Of a stretch of 39,583 nt of DNA, positions 8,111-17,262 are shown piece after piece. Position 1 is the stretch's first letter, and the number at the start of each line of letters is the position of its first letter. The stretch is from IMG/VR virus record IMGVR_UViG_3300005535_000012, positions 1 through 39,583 of that record. The stretch is one strand, 5' to 3'. The notes below the pieces were generated by a model. That model saw nothing but the letters and a program-made list of their open reading frames with translations, ran no database searches and was not told the origin of the DNA. Source of the DNA: a virus. The position numbers were made by a program, and so were the translations under genes.

Positions 8111-8277
8111 GACTCTTTACGGGCGACTACCGCCGATAGGTTGGCTAGACCATGACCCACGAACTTCTGGCGATATTAGACAGTATCGCGAAAGAACATT
8201 CCGCTCAGCTTGGCTTCATCGCCATTTCTTGCGTGATAGGCTTCTGCGGCGCCTTCAAAAAAGCATTTCTTGCTTCG

Positions 8278-10713
8278 CTACGGCCTTCCGTTGCTCCCTC
8301 CGAGAGACCTGACACCCCCGGTGGTAATGGCTGGATACAGGAGCCTCTGGAGTCCGATGTTGCTCGCGACTGGAGCCGCAATACCGGCTGCACGATTGAG
8401 CGCAGGCGCAGCTAATTGCGGATTCAGCAGCATATTAGCAAGATTTGCTTGGATCTGTTCATTGCTTGCGTTCGCAAGTCCGCCAAGCGTACGCCCAGCG
8501 AATGAACCCGCGGCGCTCCCAAGCGTTGCCCCAATGGGACCACCCAACAAATACCCCATCCCCCCTCCGATAGTCCCTCCTACTGTGCCAGCCGGTAGTT
8601 TGCCAACAAGCGCCCCTAGTTTCCCAGGAAGTGCAGCTTGAAGCATATTCTGCGTTGCCAAATTTTGCGCAGTCGAACTTCCGGCTGATCTGCCAAGACC
8701 AGTGCTCGAGGCACGCAGCAAATCATCTCGAATCGCTGTAAGCGCATCGATTTGAGATTGATTTACTGATTTCGCAAGATTAACCCCGGGTTTTTGCTGG
8801 GATTTCTGAATATTAGCTAAGGCATTCTGTACTTTGGAGAGTGTAATGTTTCCTTGCGCATCCGTGAGATTCATACCTTGCAAATACTGCATTGCATCAA
8901 TCGGCCGAGATGCAGCAGCATAAGATCCTCGCGCTTCAGCGTAACCAGGGATCTCCCGGTCCATCAATGACAGCAATTGGTCTTTGACTCCAAGCAAATT
9001 TGAAGCTTTGCTTTTTTCTCCAGCCTGAGCAGCTGAATTGATCTGATCATCGAGAGCCTGCTTTATCCAATGCAGCCCCGTTCCAGAAACGTATGTCTGC
9101 GGGGAACCAAGCGCGCCACCCATGTTGGCATTAGCTTGATTTTGAACGGTAGTCTCAATTGATGGCGACCCTGCATTCTTTGCCATAGTCTGAGCCTGCT
9201 TAAAGGCTGACTGGAATGCAGGAGTCTGCTTAAGAGCAGAATATTCGGTGCTCGATGTTGGGATACCAACGTGCGTCGACAAATAATCTTGGACGGCAGA
9301 TGTGTCTCTGCCGGCTCTAGCGGCAACTAAATCATCCGCAGTTCCTGTAATCCTTTCTAGGGCTCCAAGGCGAGCGGCAGCATTTTGCTGCTCCTGAGCA
9401 ATGAATGGATTCGGACTGATATCTCGAATCGTGCGCTGAAGAGTTGCGATCCCAGGATTTGCCGTAGCTTCAGCCAATGTCGGAGAAGAGCCCGCCACGA
9501 GTTGCGACAGATTAGGAACCGATGGTCCGCCTTGCGCAGCTCTCGCAAGAATATTTTCGGCAATAGCTTGCTGACCAGAATTAGTGAAGGGTTGAAGAGC
9601 CGAACCGATGACATTGCCAGCATATCGCCCTGCACCCACCGCACCCGAAACCAGCGCCGGAGTAGCCGCACCCAGGAGTGCGCCGACTCCCATTTGACGC
9701 AACTTATCCGATCCGTAATTTTGACTGTCCGGAGAAACGGGCGATACTGCGCCCATGGCAGCGCCACTTACAGCCCCGCGTCCAGCAAGACCCAGCAATC
9801 CAGTCCCTACTGGCGCCCCGATAACGAGTGGAGCGGTAGCAGCCATTGCGCCGCCGATGTTGCCAGCGCCAGTTGCAATGGGGTGCGCTTGTTGGTACGG
9901 CGCGACTTCCTGCGCGCCAGCCTGCAATCCTTGGTTCGCATTGTTGACGAGCCAATCACCAGCGCGACCAATTGCTCCGACAAGGCTTTGACCTTGCGGA
10001 GTCATGCCTTGGCCAGTCGTGCCAAGAGATTGCAGGCCATGCCCAAGCAATTGCTGTGCGCCGAGTGCGGTCTCTTGGACACCACGGCCCAAGCCTGCCA
10101 AAAACGATGTGCCTGTTCCCGGCTGCGGCCCGGTTGGCTGCTGCGGAGATGCTTGTGGAGATACTGCCGCCGAATTTGGCGCAGCACTCTTCGTCATCGC
10201 CGCAAAAATCGCATCGTCGGATTGTGGCCCTTGCTGCTGTTGTGCCGGCGCGCCTCCCTTGCTAAACGCAGAGAAGATCGCATCATCACTTTGGGTGCCG
10301 CTAGGTGCAGCAGTCGGGATTCCGGGGAGTACTTGAGGCTGCGTCGGTTGTGATTGCTTTGGCAGATTCGAAAGCACTTTCCCGGGATATGCCTGCGTCA
10401 AAGGCCCCCAATTCTTCTGATCCGTGCCGCCGTGGTATGCGCGTAAAGCATCCTGAACGTTGCCATAGCGGTTCAGGTTTTCATTCAGCAGATTAGCAAT
10501 CGCCGGAATCGCTTGATTCGGGTCAGTTGGATCTTTGACGCCAAGAGCTTGCGCAGTGGCCGGCATAAGCTGTCCAAGACCGACTGCACCAACGGATGAT
10601 TTGGCGTTCGGGTTGCCGCTAGATTCAACCTGGATGACGGCGCGAATCAGCGAAGGATCAATATTGTATTGCTTCGCAGCAGATTGAATGATACTCGAGT
10701 AATCGGCCATCAT
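8278..10713 (-). CDS. Ejection/internal virion protein with N-terminal soluble lytic transglycosylase domain, 811 aa
   Basis: SLT signature IRAVIQVESSGNPNAKSSVGAVGLGQLMPATA; long Gly/Ala/Gln-rich remainder; position equivalent to P22 gp16 / T7 gp16. Confidence 0.85.
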   Translation of the reverse strand: MMADYSSIIQSAAKQYNIDPSLIRAVIQVESSGNPNAKSSVGAVGLGQLMPATAQALGVKDPTDPNQAIPAIANLLNENLNRYGNVQDALRAYHGGTDQKNWGPLTQAYPGKVLSNLPKQSQPTQPQVLPGIPTAAPSGTQSDDAIFSAFSKGGAPAQQQQGPQSDDAIFAAMTKSAAPNSAAVSPQASPQQPTGPQPGTGTSFLAGLGRGVQETALGAQQLLGHGLQSLGTTGQGMTPQGQSLVGAIGRAGDWLVNNANQGLQAGAQEVAPYQQAHPIATGAGNIGGAMAATAPLVIGAPVGTGLLGLAGRGAVSGAAMGAVSPVSPDSQNYGSDKLRQMGVGALLGAATPALVSGAVGAGRYAGNVIGSALQPFTNSGQQAIAENILARAAQGGPSVPNLSQLVAGSSPTLAEATANPGIATLQRTIRDISPNPFIAQEQQNAAARLGALERITGTADDLVAARAGRDTSAVQDYLSTHVGIPTSSTEYSALKQTPAFQSAFKQAQTMAKNAGSPSIETTVQNQANANMGGALGSPQTYVSGTGLHWIKQALDDQINSAAQAGEKSKASNLLGVKDQLLSLMDREIPGYAEARGSYAAASRPIDAMQYLQGMNLTDAQGNITLSKVQNALANIQKSQQKPGVNLAKSVNQSQIDALTAIRDDLLRASSTGLGRSAGSSTAQNLATQNMLQAALPGKLGALVGKLPAGTVGGTIGGGMGYLLGGPIGATLGSAAGSFAGRTLGGLANASNEQIQANLANMLLNPQLAAPALNRAAGIAAPVASNIGLQRLLYPAITTGGVRSLGGSNGRP

Positions 10714-12227
10714 TGCCCTCCACCGGGAATTTGAATCACCCCGCTGCGCACGAGATTCCCGAGGTCAGCCTTGAACTTTGCCAATTGTTGCGGGGATTGA
10801 CGCGCGATAAACTTCTGTTGCTGCTGTGGATTCATCGATGTGAAAACAAAGGCGTCAGGATTAACAGCTTTGTTCCACTGAGACTGCCATTGGTTGAACT
10901 TGTCAGTCGTCAGGCCCGAATTCTGGAATGCATAGTCCTGCGCAGCTCGCATCTTCTCGCCAGCGATCGTCTTAGCGAGGATATCTTCGTTCGCCAACTT
11001 CGAAATGCTAGGGTTCGCGTTCCCCGTCACAGCCGCATTCAGGCGAGCATCCGTGCCAGTACCAAGAGAACCGGAGACCGACGAAGCATAGTTCGTCAAG
11101 ATTTTCTTGAACTCGTCATAATTCTGCACATCCCCGGTCCAGCCGATCTGCTTGGCAGTTTCCGGGGCCAGTGCATTGAAAAAGGATTTCGCCTGATTCC
11201 GCCAGTCAGTTCCGGGACCGGTATTGATGCCAGAAAGCGCATCGCGCGCCTGTTCAAGCAAATTGACGCGCATCGGTACATCAGCCGCCGAGTCATGCAG
11301 TTGCTGGGCGGCGGTGTTCGAGGTCGCACCTTGCGCCGTCAATGCGGCTTGCTGGGCTGGCGAAAGCGAAGTTTGGATGCCAGGTGCGCCGCCTTGACCG
11401 CCCTGATCGTAGCGGCCTGTATAGCCACCGCCAGAACCTCCGGCCGGAGCATTCGGGACACCTCCTCCGCCTTGCATCTGAAGCCATTGCGCCGTCGTGA
11501 TTTGACGCTGCTCACCATTCGGTCCAATTATCATCTTGGGAGCAGCCAGTTCCGACGGAGACAGAGCATTTTGCACAGTCGTGCCAACCGTCGATTCTCC
11601 GGTGAGAGGATTACGATTGAGAAGAACGGTTGCGGCACCAGTCTGAACTGGAACGTTCTGCGGCATCAAAGCTTGAATCTTCGCTTCGCCCGATAGCGAG
11701 TTGATCAGATGATTTTGAATCCATTGCGCCTGAGAACGAGGATCGCCGGGAATCGACTGGATCTCACGAATCCCCTGATCGAGAGGCAAAAGGCCGGACT
11801 GCACTGCATCGGAAATCTGTCCGGCAATCTTCGTGGACATATCAGTCTTACCCACTTCCGGATCGACTGCCAGAGAACCAATCATGCCTCGAATACCCTG
11901 CTGCTGCTTCAACGCAAGATCGAGTTTCCCCGTGTCATACTGGAGCTGCGAATTCCGTTGCTGGGCGATTTGCCCCATGAACTGCGGCAAAAACGCTCCT
12001 GCGCCATTCTGCGCGGCGAGAGATTGCAGCTTGTTGAAATCTACCGTTCCATCAGGGTTGACAGATTGCTGATACGCTTGCGAGATAGCTTGATTTGCAC
12101 CAAGCTGCATCTGATTCTGACGCAGGGCGAGCAGACCCGAAGCCGTCTGAATCGGCTGTTGAAGGGCCTGCATCGGGTTTTGCGGCAATTGCCCTTGGAG
12201 GGGTATTGTTGCGTCGATCGGGGGCAT
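10710..12227 (-). CDS. Ejection/internal virion protein, 505 aa, Gln/Gly-rich
   Basis: Low-complexity Q/G/A-rich composition; ATGA overlap with the SLT protein gene; synteny with P22 gp20. Confidence 0.6.
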   Translation of the reverse strand: MPPIDATIPLQGQLPQNPMQALQQPIQTASGLLALRQNQMQLGANQAISQAYQQSVNPDGTVDFNKLQSLAAQNGAGAFLPQFMGQIAQQRNSQLQYDTGKLDLALKQQQGIRGMIGSLAVDPEVGKTDMSTKIAGQISDAVQSGLLPLDQGIREIQSIPGDPRSQAQWIQNHLINSLSGEAKIQALMPQNVPVQTGAATVLLNRNPLTGESTVGTTVQNALSPSELAAPKMIIGPNGEQRQITTAQWLQMQGGGGVPNAPAGGSGGGYTGRYDQGGQGGAPGIQTSLSPAQQAALTAQGATSNTAAQQLHDSAADVPMRVNLLEQARDALSGINTGPGTDWRNQAKSFFNALAPETAKQIGWTGDVQNYDEFKKILTNYASSVSGSLGTGTDARLNAAVTGNANPSISKLANEDILAKTIAGEKMRAAQDYAFQNSGLTTDKFNQWQSQWNKAVNPDAFVFTSMNPQQQQKFIARQSPQQLAKFKADLGNLVRSGVIQIPGGGQ

Positions 12228-12234
12228 ATCTTCC

Positions 12235-12810
12235 TCACAGCAAATAGCCGCGCGATTGCATAAAATCGATCGGATGCTTCGCTTTCTTACTTAGATTACA
12301 CGAAGGGCAAAGAATCTGAAGATTAGTCTTTTCATTTGACCCTCCGAGCTTTATCGGAATTATATGATCAATATGGTACAGAACATTTATTTCAGTCATG
12401 CAACAAGCGCATTTCCCGCTCTGAAGTTTAATCAGATCAATAGCAAACTTATAATTAATGCGTCCGCCATTTGAGCGCCGCCGTGCATTTGACATGCGAA
12501 CATAGAGTTGCACCTTACTGCGATTCTTTTCTACCCATGCATTAGCCGTAGCGCGAGCCGCTTCGCGATTGTTATCGTACCACCTTTTCTTCATGGCAGA
12601 ATGTTTACCAGGGTTATTAGCCTTATATCTACGATCAGCTTCGGCCTGCCTCTTGGCATGAAGTTCAGGATTCAATGCTTTACGAGACCTATAATCGGCA
12701 GACTTGCAGGATTTACACGATGGATAATACCCATCCTTCATCCACTTGGCCTTCGTAAAAAGGTCAAGTTCTTTAACCTCTCCACACTTCGTGCAAGCCT
12801 TTGTCGGCAT
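12235..12810 (-). CDS. Free-standing HNH homing endonuclease, 191 aa
   Basis: Canonical motif YHIDHIIPIKLGGSNEKTNLQILCPSCNLSKKAK plus an N-terminal CxxC...CxxC. Clearly AT-richer than both flanking ejection-protein genes, and it occupies an intergenic slot. Confidence 0.85.
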   Translation of the reverse strand: MPTKACTKCGEVKELDLFTKAKWMKDGYYPSCKSCKSADYRSRKALNPELHAKRQAEADRRYKANNPGKHSAMKKRWYDNNREAARATANAWVEKNRSKVQLYVRMSNARRRSNGGRINYKFAIDLIKLQSGKCACCMTEINVLYHIDHIIPIKLGGSNEKTNLQILCPSCNLSKKAKHPIDFMQSRGYLL

Positions 12811-12818
12811 CTTGCCCT

Positions 12819-13574
12819 CTACTGGAAGAAAATCGGATTGCCTGCTGCTGTCGTGCCATAGATATTGTTGGCCGCGCCAGCGCCAGCACCTCCATTGCCA
12901 AGCAGCGAATACAGCAAACCGCCTTGCCCAATCGAGCCAAGACCGGAATTGATAGCATTCGCCATCCCGATCTTACCTGCTGCTTGAGCATTGGCTCCAG
13001 ATGTCAGGAAATTTCCCGCTTGGTTAGCGGTTTGCAATCCAGCATTGCCAACACCCGCAGCAGCGTTCTGACCTAGACTAACAAGACCAGCTTGACGATT
13101 GTACTGATCGGACTGGATGCCATAGTTGGTCATGAAGTTTTGCAGCGCATTCTGGTATTGCTGTTGGAAAGTTTGATCAGCGAGACCGGTCGTATATTGC
13201 CCGATCCCTTTCGCCTGCGCACCGGACAGGTTCAAGCCTTTCGCGGCCAAAGAGTTATCAACCCCCTTCAAACCTTGCTGAAGGGTAAATTGGTAACCTG
13301 GGGTTTGTTCAAGTTGTGCTTGAGTAGGATTGAACGAAAAATTCATGCCGCCCAATCTACCAAGTTGCCCCTGAAGACCTTGTATGGAACTTGTCCCAAG
13401 ATCCATATAGGGTTGCAGATTTTTCTGCATCTGCTGGAACTGCTGCCACTGGAGATTGGCAGCGTTATTTGCTGCATCCGCCTGAGTCTGAGCAGCGTCT
13501 GATGCGGCACCGGCCGACATGGCAGAGCCCGCCAGACCGGCTGCTGCGCTTACACCAATTGCTGCTGCGACCAT
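12819..13574 (-). CDS. Ejection/internal virion protein, 251 aa, Gly/Ala/Gln/Asn-rich
   Basis: Composition and position equivalent to P22 gp7. Hydrophobic Ala/Gly N-terminus. Confidence 0.55.
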   Translation of the reverse strand: MVAAAIGVSAAAGLAGSAMSAGAASDAAQTQADAANNAANLQWQQFQQMQKNLQPYMDLGTSSIQGLQGQLGRLGGMNFSFNPTQAQLEQTPGYQFTLQQGLKGVDNSLAAKGLNLSGAQAKGIGQYTTGLADQTFQQQYQNALQNFMTNYGIQSDQYNRQAGLVSLGQNAAAGVGNAGLQTANQAGNFLTSGANAQAAGKIGMANAINSGLGSIGQGGLLYSLLGNGGAGAGAANNIYGTTAAGNPIFFQ

Positions 13575-13575
13575 A

Positions 13576-14034
13576 TCAATCTCCCAACCATTTCTCGTAG
13601 GTCGTTTCCACTTGCTCGAATCCTAGGAAACGGAACAATGCCGATGCGTCGTGTTGAATCTTGCTGCCAACTGCCCATCGCTGGACGCCACGTCGACGCA
13701 ATTCTTTCTCAACAAAGCGAAACATTCTCGCCCCTGCCAAACCTGTACGCCTATCCTCTCGAACGAAGAAAATATCAGGCGAGCACGTAAGGCAAGTTCG
13801 GTAATGCAGACCGGGCGCGATGAAACAGACAAAATACGCCACAATCTCACCGGCTTCTCGGCCAATCGTCATCATCAGAGAACCGTCTTGCTCACGCGCG
13901 CGGTAGACTTCGACCATCGGCTCAAGCGGGACATCATGATCTTTGTGTGTCGAGATCTCGCCGTAGTGCTGCTCAAGCAGCGGAAGCAGCTCGGCATAGA
14001 CCTGCGAGAATGGCTCGATCGCAAAAGTAATCAT
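13576..14034 (-). CDS. GNAT-family N-acetyltransferase-like protein, 152 aa
   Basis: Motif-A-like FVREDRRTGLAGARMFRFVEKELRRRGV (R-x-x-G-x-A); size typical of a single GNAT domain; ATGA overlap with the upstream gene. Confidence 0.6.
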   Translation of the reverse strand: MITFAIEPFSQVYAELLPLLEQHYGEISTHKDHDVPLEPMVEVYRAREQDGSLMMTIGREAGEIVAYFVCFIAPGLHYRTCLTCSPDIFFVREDRRTGLAGARMFRFVEKELRRRGVQRWAVGSKIQHDASALFRFLGFEQVETTYEKWLGD

Positions 14035-14612
14035 CGTGAAGTCCTGATGTCCACTACCATGCTGATCCGATCAGAGGAACTGTTATTGACAACCTCATGA
14101 ACCTGACTGTTATCGAACCAGAAACAGTCGCCCGTCGTCATGCTGATTTGCTCATCACCTGCCGTCAGGATCGCGCCTGGCAGGCCCTGCAACACCACAT
14201 GGAAACGGGTGTAGTAACACGTCTGTTCCGGCGTATCAGCATGCGCGAAGATACGGCCGCCTGGCACGATCTTGTTAATCATCACGCGCCCAAGACGTTC
14301 GCCAGCAACACGAGCCATCAGGTTCATCACGATAGGACGAGCTTCATGGAGGACCTTGTACGGCGGGTAATCAACTGCTTCGTACTGATCGTAGCCCGCA
14401 AGCTGGTTCTGCTTATAAAGCTCGATCTGCTCTTCGGTGAGGCCTTCCACTTTCTCCGGGAATCGAAGCATGATTGTCTCCGTCTCGCCAAACGGGCCCT
14501 GCGGATAGTGGCGAAGGAACGTATCCTCCTGCCACAATTCAGGGCGACGTTTGATGGCGAGAACAAGCGGATTAACATCTACACCGCTTGCCAAGAGATG
14601 GAAATTACGCAT
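14031..14612 (-). CDS. Aspartyl/asparaginyl beta-hydroxylase-family Fe(II)/2-oxoglutarate dioxygenase-like cupin, 193 aa
   Basis: Metal-triad pattern GRIFAHADTPE ... FDNSQVHEVVNNSSSDRISMVVD, matching the HxD...H layout of this family. Confidence 0.65.
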   Translation of the reverse strand: MRNFHLLASGVDVNPLVLAIKRRPELWQEDTFLRHYPQGPFGETETIMLRFPEKVEGLTEEQIELYKQNQLAGYDQYEAVDYPPYKVLHEARPIVMNLMARVAGERLGRVMINKIVPGGRIFAHADTPEQTCYYTRFHVVLQGLPGAILTAGDEQISMTTGDCFWFDNSQVHEVVNNSSSDRISMVVDIRTSR

Positions 14613-14950
14613 TAGGCCATTCCGCCAATAATGTATTGTTCGCTAGCCGGAGTGATCGCACCAGCAGTAGTATTCACATACTGGATCTGAAGCGTATTCG
14701 CCGCTGACACGAATACATTCCCGATAGACAGACCTGCTTGATGCGAAGGCTTATTCACGTCAATGCTGTCACCTACCGCAAGGCCATTGACAGTGAAGGT
14801 CTGAACAGCAGTCGTATTCGCCGCAACCGAGGCCGGTGTCAACGTCTGCTTGATATTGTACATGCGAGTAATCGTCGTCGCGCCAGCCGATTGCATCTTG
14901 ATGGACGCGGGGGCCAGGATATCAGTTGCAACACCAAGATAATTTGCCAT
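14612..14950 (-). CDS. Small beta-rich virion-module protein, 112 aa (start moved to ATG 14950)
   Basis: AAGGAG 7 nt upstream of ATG 14950; Thr/Ala/Val/Asn-rich composition; stop overlaps the next start (TAATG). Confidence 0.55.
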   Translation of the reverse strand: MANYLGVATDILAPASIKMQSAGATTITRMYNIKQTLTPASVAANTTAVQTFTVNGLAVGDSIDVNKPSHQAGLSIGNVFVSAANTLQIQYVNTTAGAITPASEQYIIGGMA

Positions 14951-14963
14951 TTCACAACTCCTT

Positions 14964-15308
14964 TTAAGCGCTACCGCTAGTTTCGTAGACACCACCGGCA
15001 ATCGTTACCGATGTATTGGCGGATGCCAAAGCCTGCAAAGTCATGCCTGCCTCAAGTTGCAATCCAATTGCCTGGGGCGGGACATAAGTCTGCCCAGACG
15101 CCAGAGAAAAGGACGACATGATCGTATTCGTTACTCCGGGCGATCCAGCCGATGGAACTCTGTAGAGAGTCACCGTCACAGGGCTGCCTGAAGTATTCGT
15201 GAGCGACAGATTGTTGATAGTGGATGTCGTTCCAGTCGGCGCTGAATAATACGTAGCGGTAGCATTCGTCAACTGTGCCGAAACAATCGCTTTCGGAATT
15301 CGCTGCAT
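14964..15308 (-). CDS. Small beta-rich virion-module protein, 114 aa
   Basis: ORF tightly packed between tail genes; Ser/Thr/Gly-rich. Confidence 0.55.
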   Translation of the reverse strand: MQRIPKAIVSAQLTNATATYYSAPTGTTSTINNLSLTNTSGSPVTVTLYRVPSAGSPGVTNTIMSSFSLASGQTYVPPQAIGLQLEAGMTLQALASANTSVTIAGGVYETSGSA

Positions 15309-15844
15309 TATCCTAGCCCTTTTACATAAACCTTACTAACTCCAACAGGAATAGCTGAAGTAAAAGTCAGCGTCACTCCGCTCAGAGAATACTGATCATC
15401 CCCTTGGAATATGCCATCGAAATATACCCAAAGCTGGGAGCCATTTGAAAACGAATGACTCAGAATCAGAGATGTTGTAGTGCCAGGAGTAAAATCTGTG
15501 CCACTCGAAAAAGTCTGATCTGATATTGTCCCGGTGGACGCGGTGCCAGTTCCAATCGGAGCAAAGATCATCTCAAGTATTGAATCTTTTTGCCCTGGCA
15601 TGCCGAAAGTTGTCTCTCCAGACAATGCATCCGCACCAAGAATTGGAGAAAGAGGAGAAAAAGTTTCTTCCAGCGCCAATACATCAGCAATCGTCAACGT
15701 ATCGGGAGGAGCACCTCCGCCTCCACCAGTCCGACGCCAAAGTTGGATCAGGAAAATAAACCACGCTTCCGTAACGTTCCCCGTCTGCGGATCTACAAAT
15801 GGGACATTGACGAGCGGGACATCGGTTTGGATAGCGGAAGCCAT
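15308..15844 (-). CDS. Tail protein in the needle (P22 gp26) position, 178 aa; its C-terminal domain is paralogous to a tailspike domain
   Basis: Start at ATG 15844, 2 nt after the upstream stop. N-terminal VPFVDPQTGNVTEAWFIFLIQLWRRTGG. The C-terminal ~74 aa align at roughly half identity (by eye) with tailspike residues ~95-170. Confidence 0.55.
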   Translation of the reverse strand: MASAIQTDVPLVNVPFVDPQTGNVTEAWFIFLIQLWRRTGGGGGAPPDTLTIADVLALEETFSPLSPILGADALSGETTFGMPGQKDSILEMIFAPIGTGTASTGTISDQTFSSGTDFTPGTTTSLILSHSFSNGSQLWVYFDGIFQGDDQYSLSGVTLTFTSAIPVGVSKVYVKGLG

Positions 15845-15846
15845 GA

Positions 15847-17262
15847 TCACTCGTTGTTCGATTCGGCCTGAACCCAAGCTCCAAGAAGCGAAGTTTCGAC
15901 CGGAGCTGACCATGAAAGCTCGAATACGCGGTCACGCGCCATCCCGAGCCGCTTGAACTGCAACGACGTCAGATATTCCCCTTCCTTGCCAAGACTGATG
16001 CTAATGGCGTTTCCCCATGACTTACCGCGAGTATCGCTCCAACGAAGGAAGACAGGAACAGGTCCATAGTTATTCCCGTTCCCGACTTCCATGTTCGCAA
16101 TGAACTCGCGGTAGTGGATCCGGCTAGAATTCCCATCTACACCGTGGGCAAAAGAACGAATCCTAGGAATGGGGTTTCCGTTGTCAGTGAAGTTATTCAC
16201 ATCCCACAGATACAAATTCCCGTTCTCCCAATCGCCAACGATGGGCATGCCATATGCCGATGCATAGCAGTTGGCACGATGACGGTTCAATCCGCCATTC
16301 TGGTCAACCCAATTAAGTTCGTTCCACTGCTGAGTTGACAAATCGTACTGCCACGTTTTATTGGCAGTCGGAAAGGTCAAGACATAGAAGAAATGACCTT
16401 CTATCTGGTATGTGAATCCAATCGCATCATCAACACGAGAATAAGTAGCGATCTCGTTATCGAGAGCAAATGTCGAAATCTGAGAAGCGTTGAATTGCTG
16501 GCTGCGGTTCACATAGCATGTGCCCTGCTCTGACTTTGCCAGCCAATATACCTCGCCATCCATCTGAGCAATAGAGCCGACTGCTGCGCAACCATGTTGC
16601 ATGAAGACGCCCGGCAGACGCTCGAACGGGAACGTAGTATCCCCTGCGTTAAACCATACTTCTGTCGTCACTTCACCCAAAAGATAAATATATCTCTTTG
16701 TAACGCCGATGCCGATCAGATTGTCTGAAAACGCTGACTTTGATGCGAAATCTGTAGCGTCAAAGACGATTTCATCGTTAAGTGAAATGTACCATTGGCG
16801 CGTGCCGGGTACATTCAGAACCAGAAATCCATCCACAAAACGCACGATATTGCCTCCAGCGAAAGAGGCATCTGTGATCGATGAAAACGTATCATCTTTC
16901 AGCTTTATCGTATATCCGTTAGCCGTCCCATCGACCATCACCACATACGTTGCATTGTCGATCATCGATACGGGGCCAGAATTCGTTCCGATCGAACCGA
17001 GCAATTTCAGCGTGAAATCTGAATTGATACGGTAGACAGACGAACCGCACACGCCATAAAGGATGCCATTAGACGCCGAATAAAGGCCGCGCCAACCTGA
17101 GTCAGTAGCCGTGGCCTTCAGGGTGAGACCGGGGCTAAGATAGTAGGTATAAGGGAAAGATGCATCCTGGGGATTTTTCTCCCCATAGAGATTGATGCAG
17201 CGCTGAGCCTCCACAACGAGACTCTTCGCCATGTAGGCGCCAGTTGTGAGTGGCACTTTCAC
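15847..17262 (-). CDS. P22 gp10-like tail hub / packaged-DNA stabilisation protein, 471 aa
   Basis: Length matches P22 gp10 (472 aa). Motif layout is similar (..ILYGVCGSSVY..GPVSM.. near the N-terminus, ..FKRLGMARDRVFEL.. near the C-terminus). GTGA coupling to the adaptor gene. Confidence 0.6.
   Translation of the reverse strand: MKVPLTTGAYMAKSLVVEAQRCINLYGEKNPQDASFPYTYYLSPGLTLKATATDSGWRGLYSASNGILYGVCGSSVYRINSDFTLKLLGSIGTNSGPVSMIDNATYVVMVDGTANGYTIKLKDDTFSSITDASFAGGNIVRFVDGFLVLNVPGTRQWYISLNDEIVFDATDFASKSAFSDNLIGIGVTKRYIYLLGEVTTEVWFNAGDTTFPFERLPGVFMQHGCAAVGSIAQMDGEVYWLAKSEQGTCYVNRSQQFNASQISTFALDNEIATYSRVDDAIGFTYQIEGHFFYVLTFPTANKTWQYDLSTQQWNELNWVDQNGGLNRHRANCYASAYGMPIVGDWENGNLYLWDVNNFTDNGNPIPRIRSFAHGVDGNSSRIHYREFIANMEVGNGNNYGPVPVFLRWSDTRGKSWGNAISISLGKEGEYLTSLQFKRLGMARDRVFELSWSAPVETSLLGAWVQAESNNE

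Noticed and set aside
8152-8415. 87-aa plus-strand ORF in the gap upstream of the tailspike.
   Set aside because: It is the opposite orientation to the whole operon, has no convincing SD, and its second half overlaps the end of the SLT ejection-protein gene in a shadow frame. A short real peptide in the first ~40 codons cannot be excluded.
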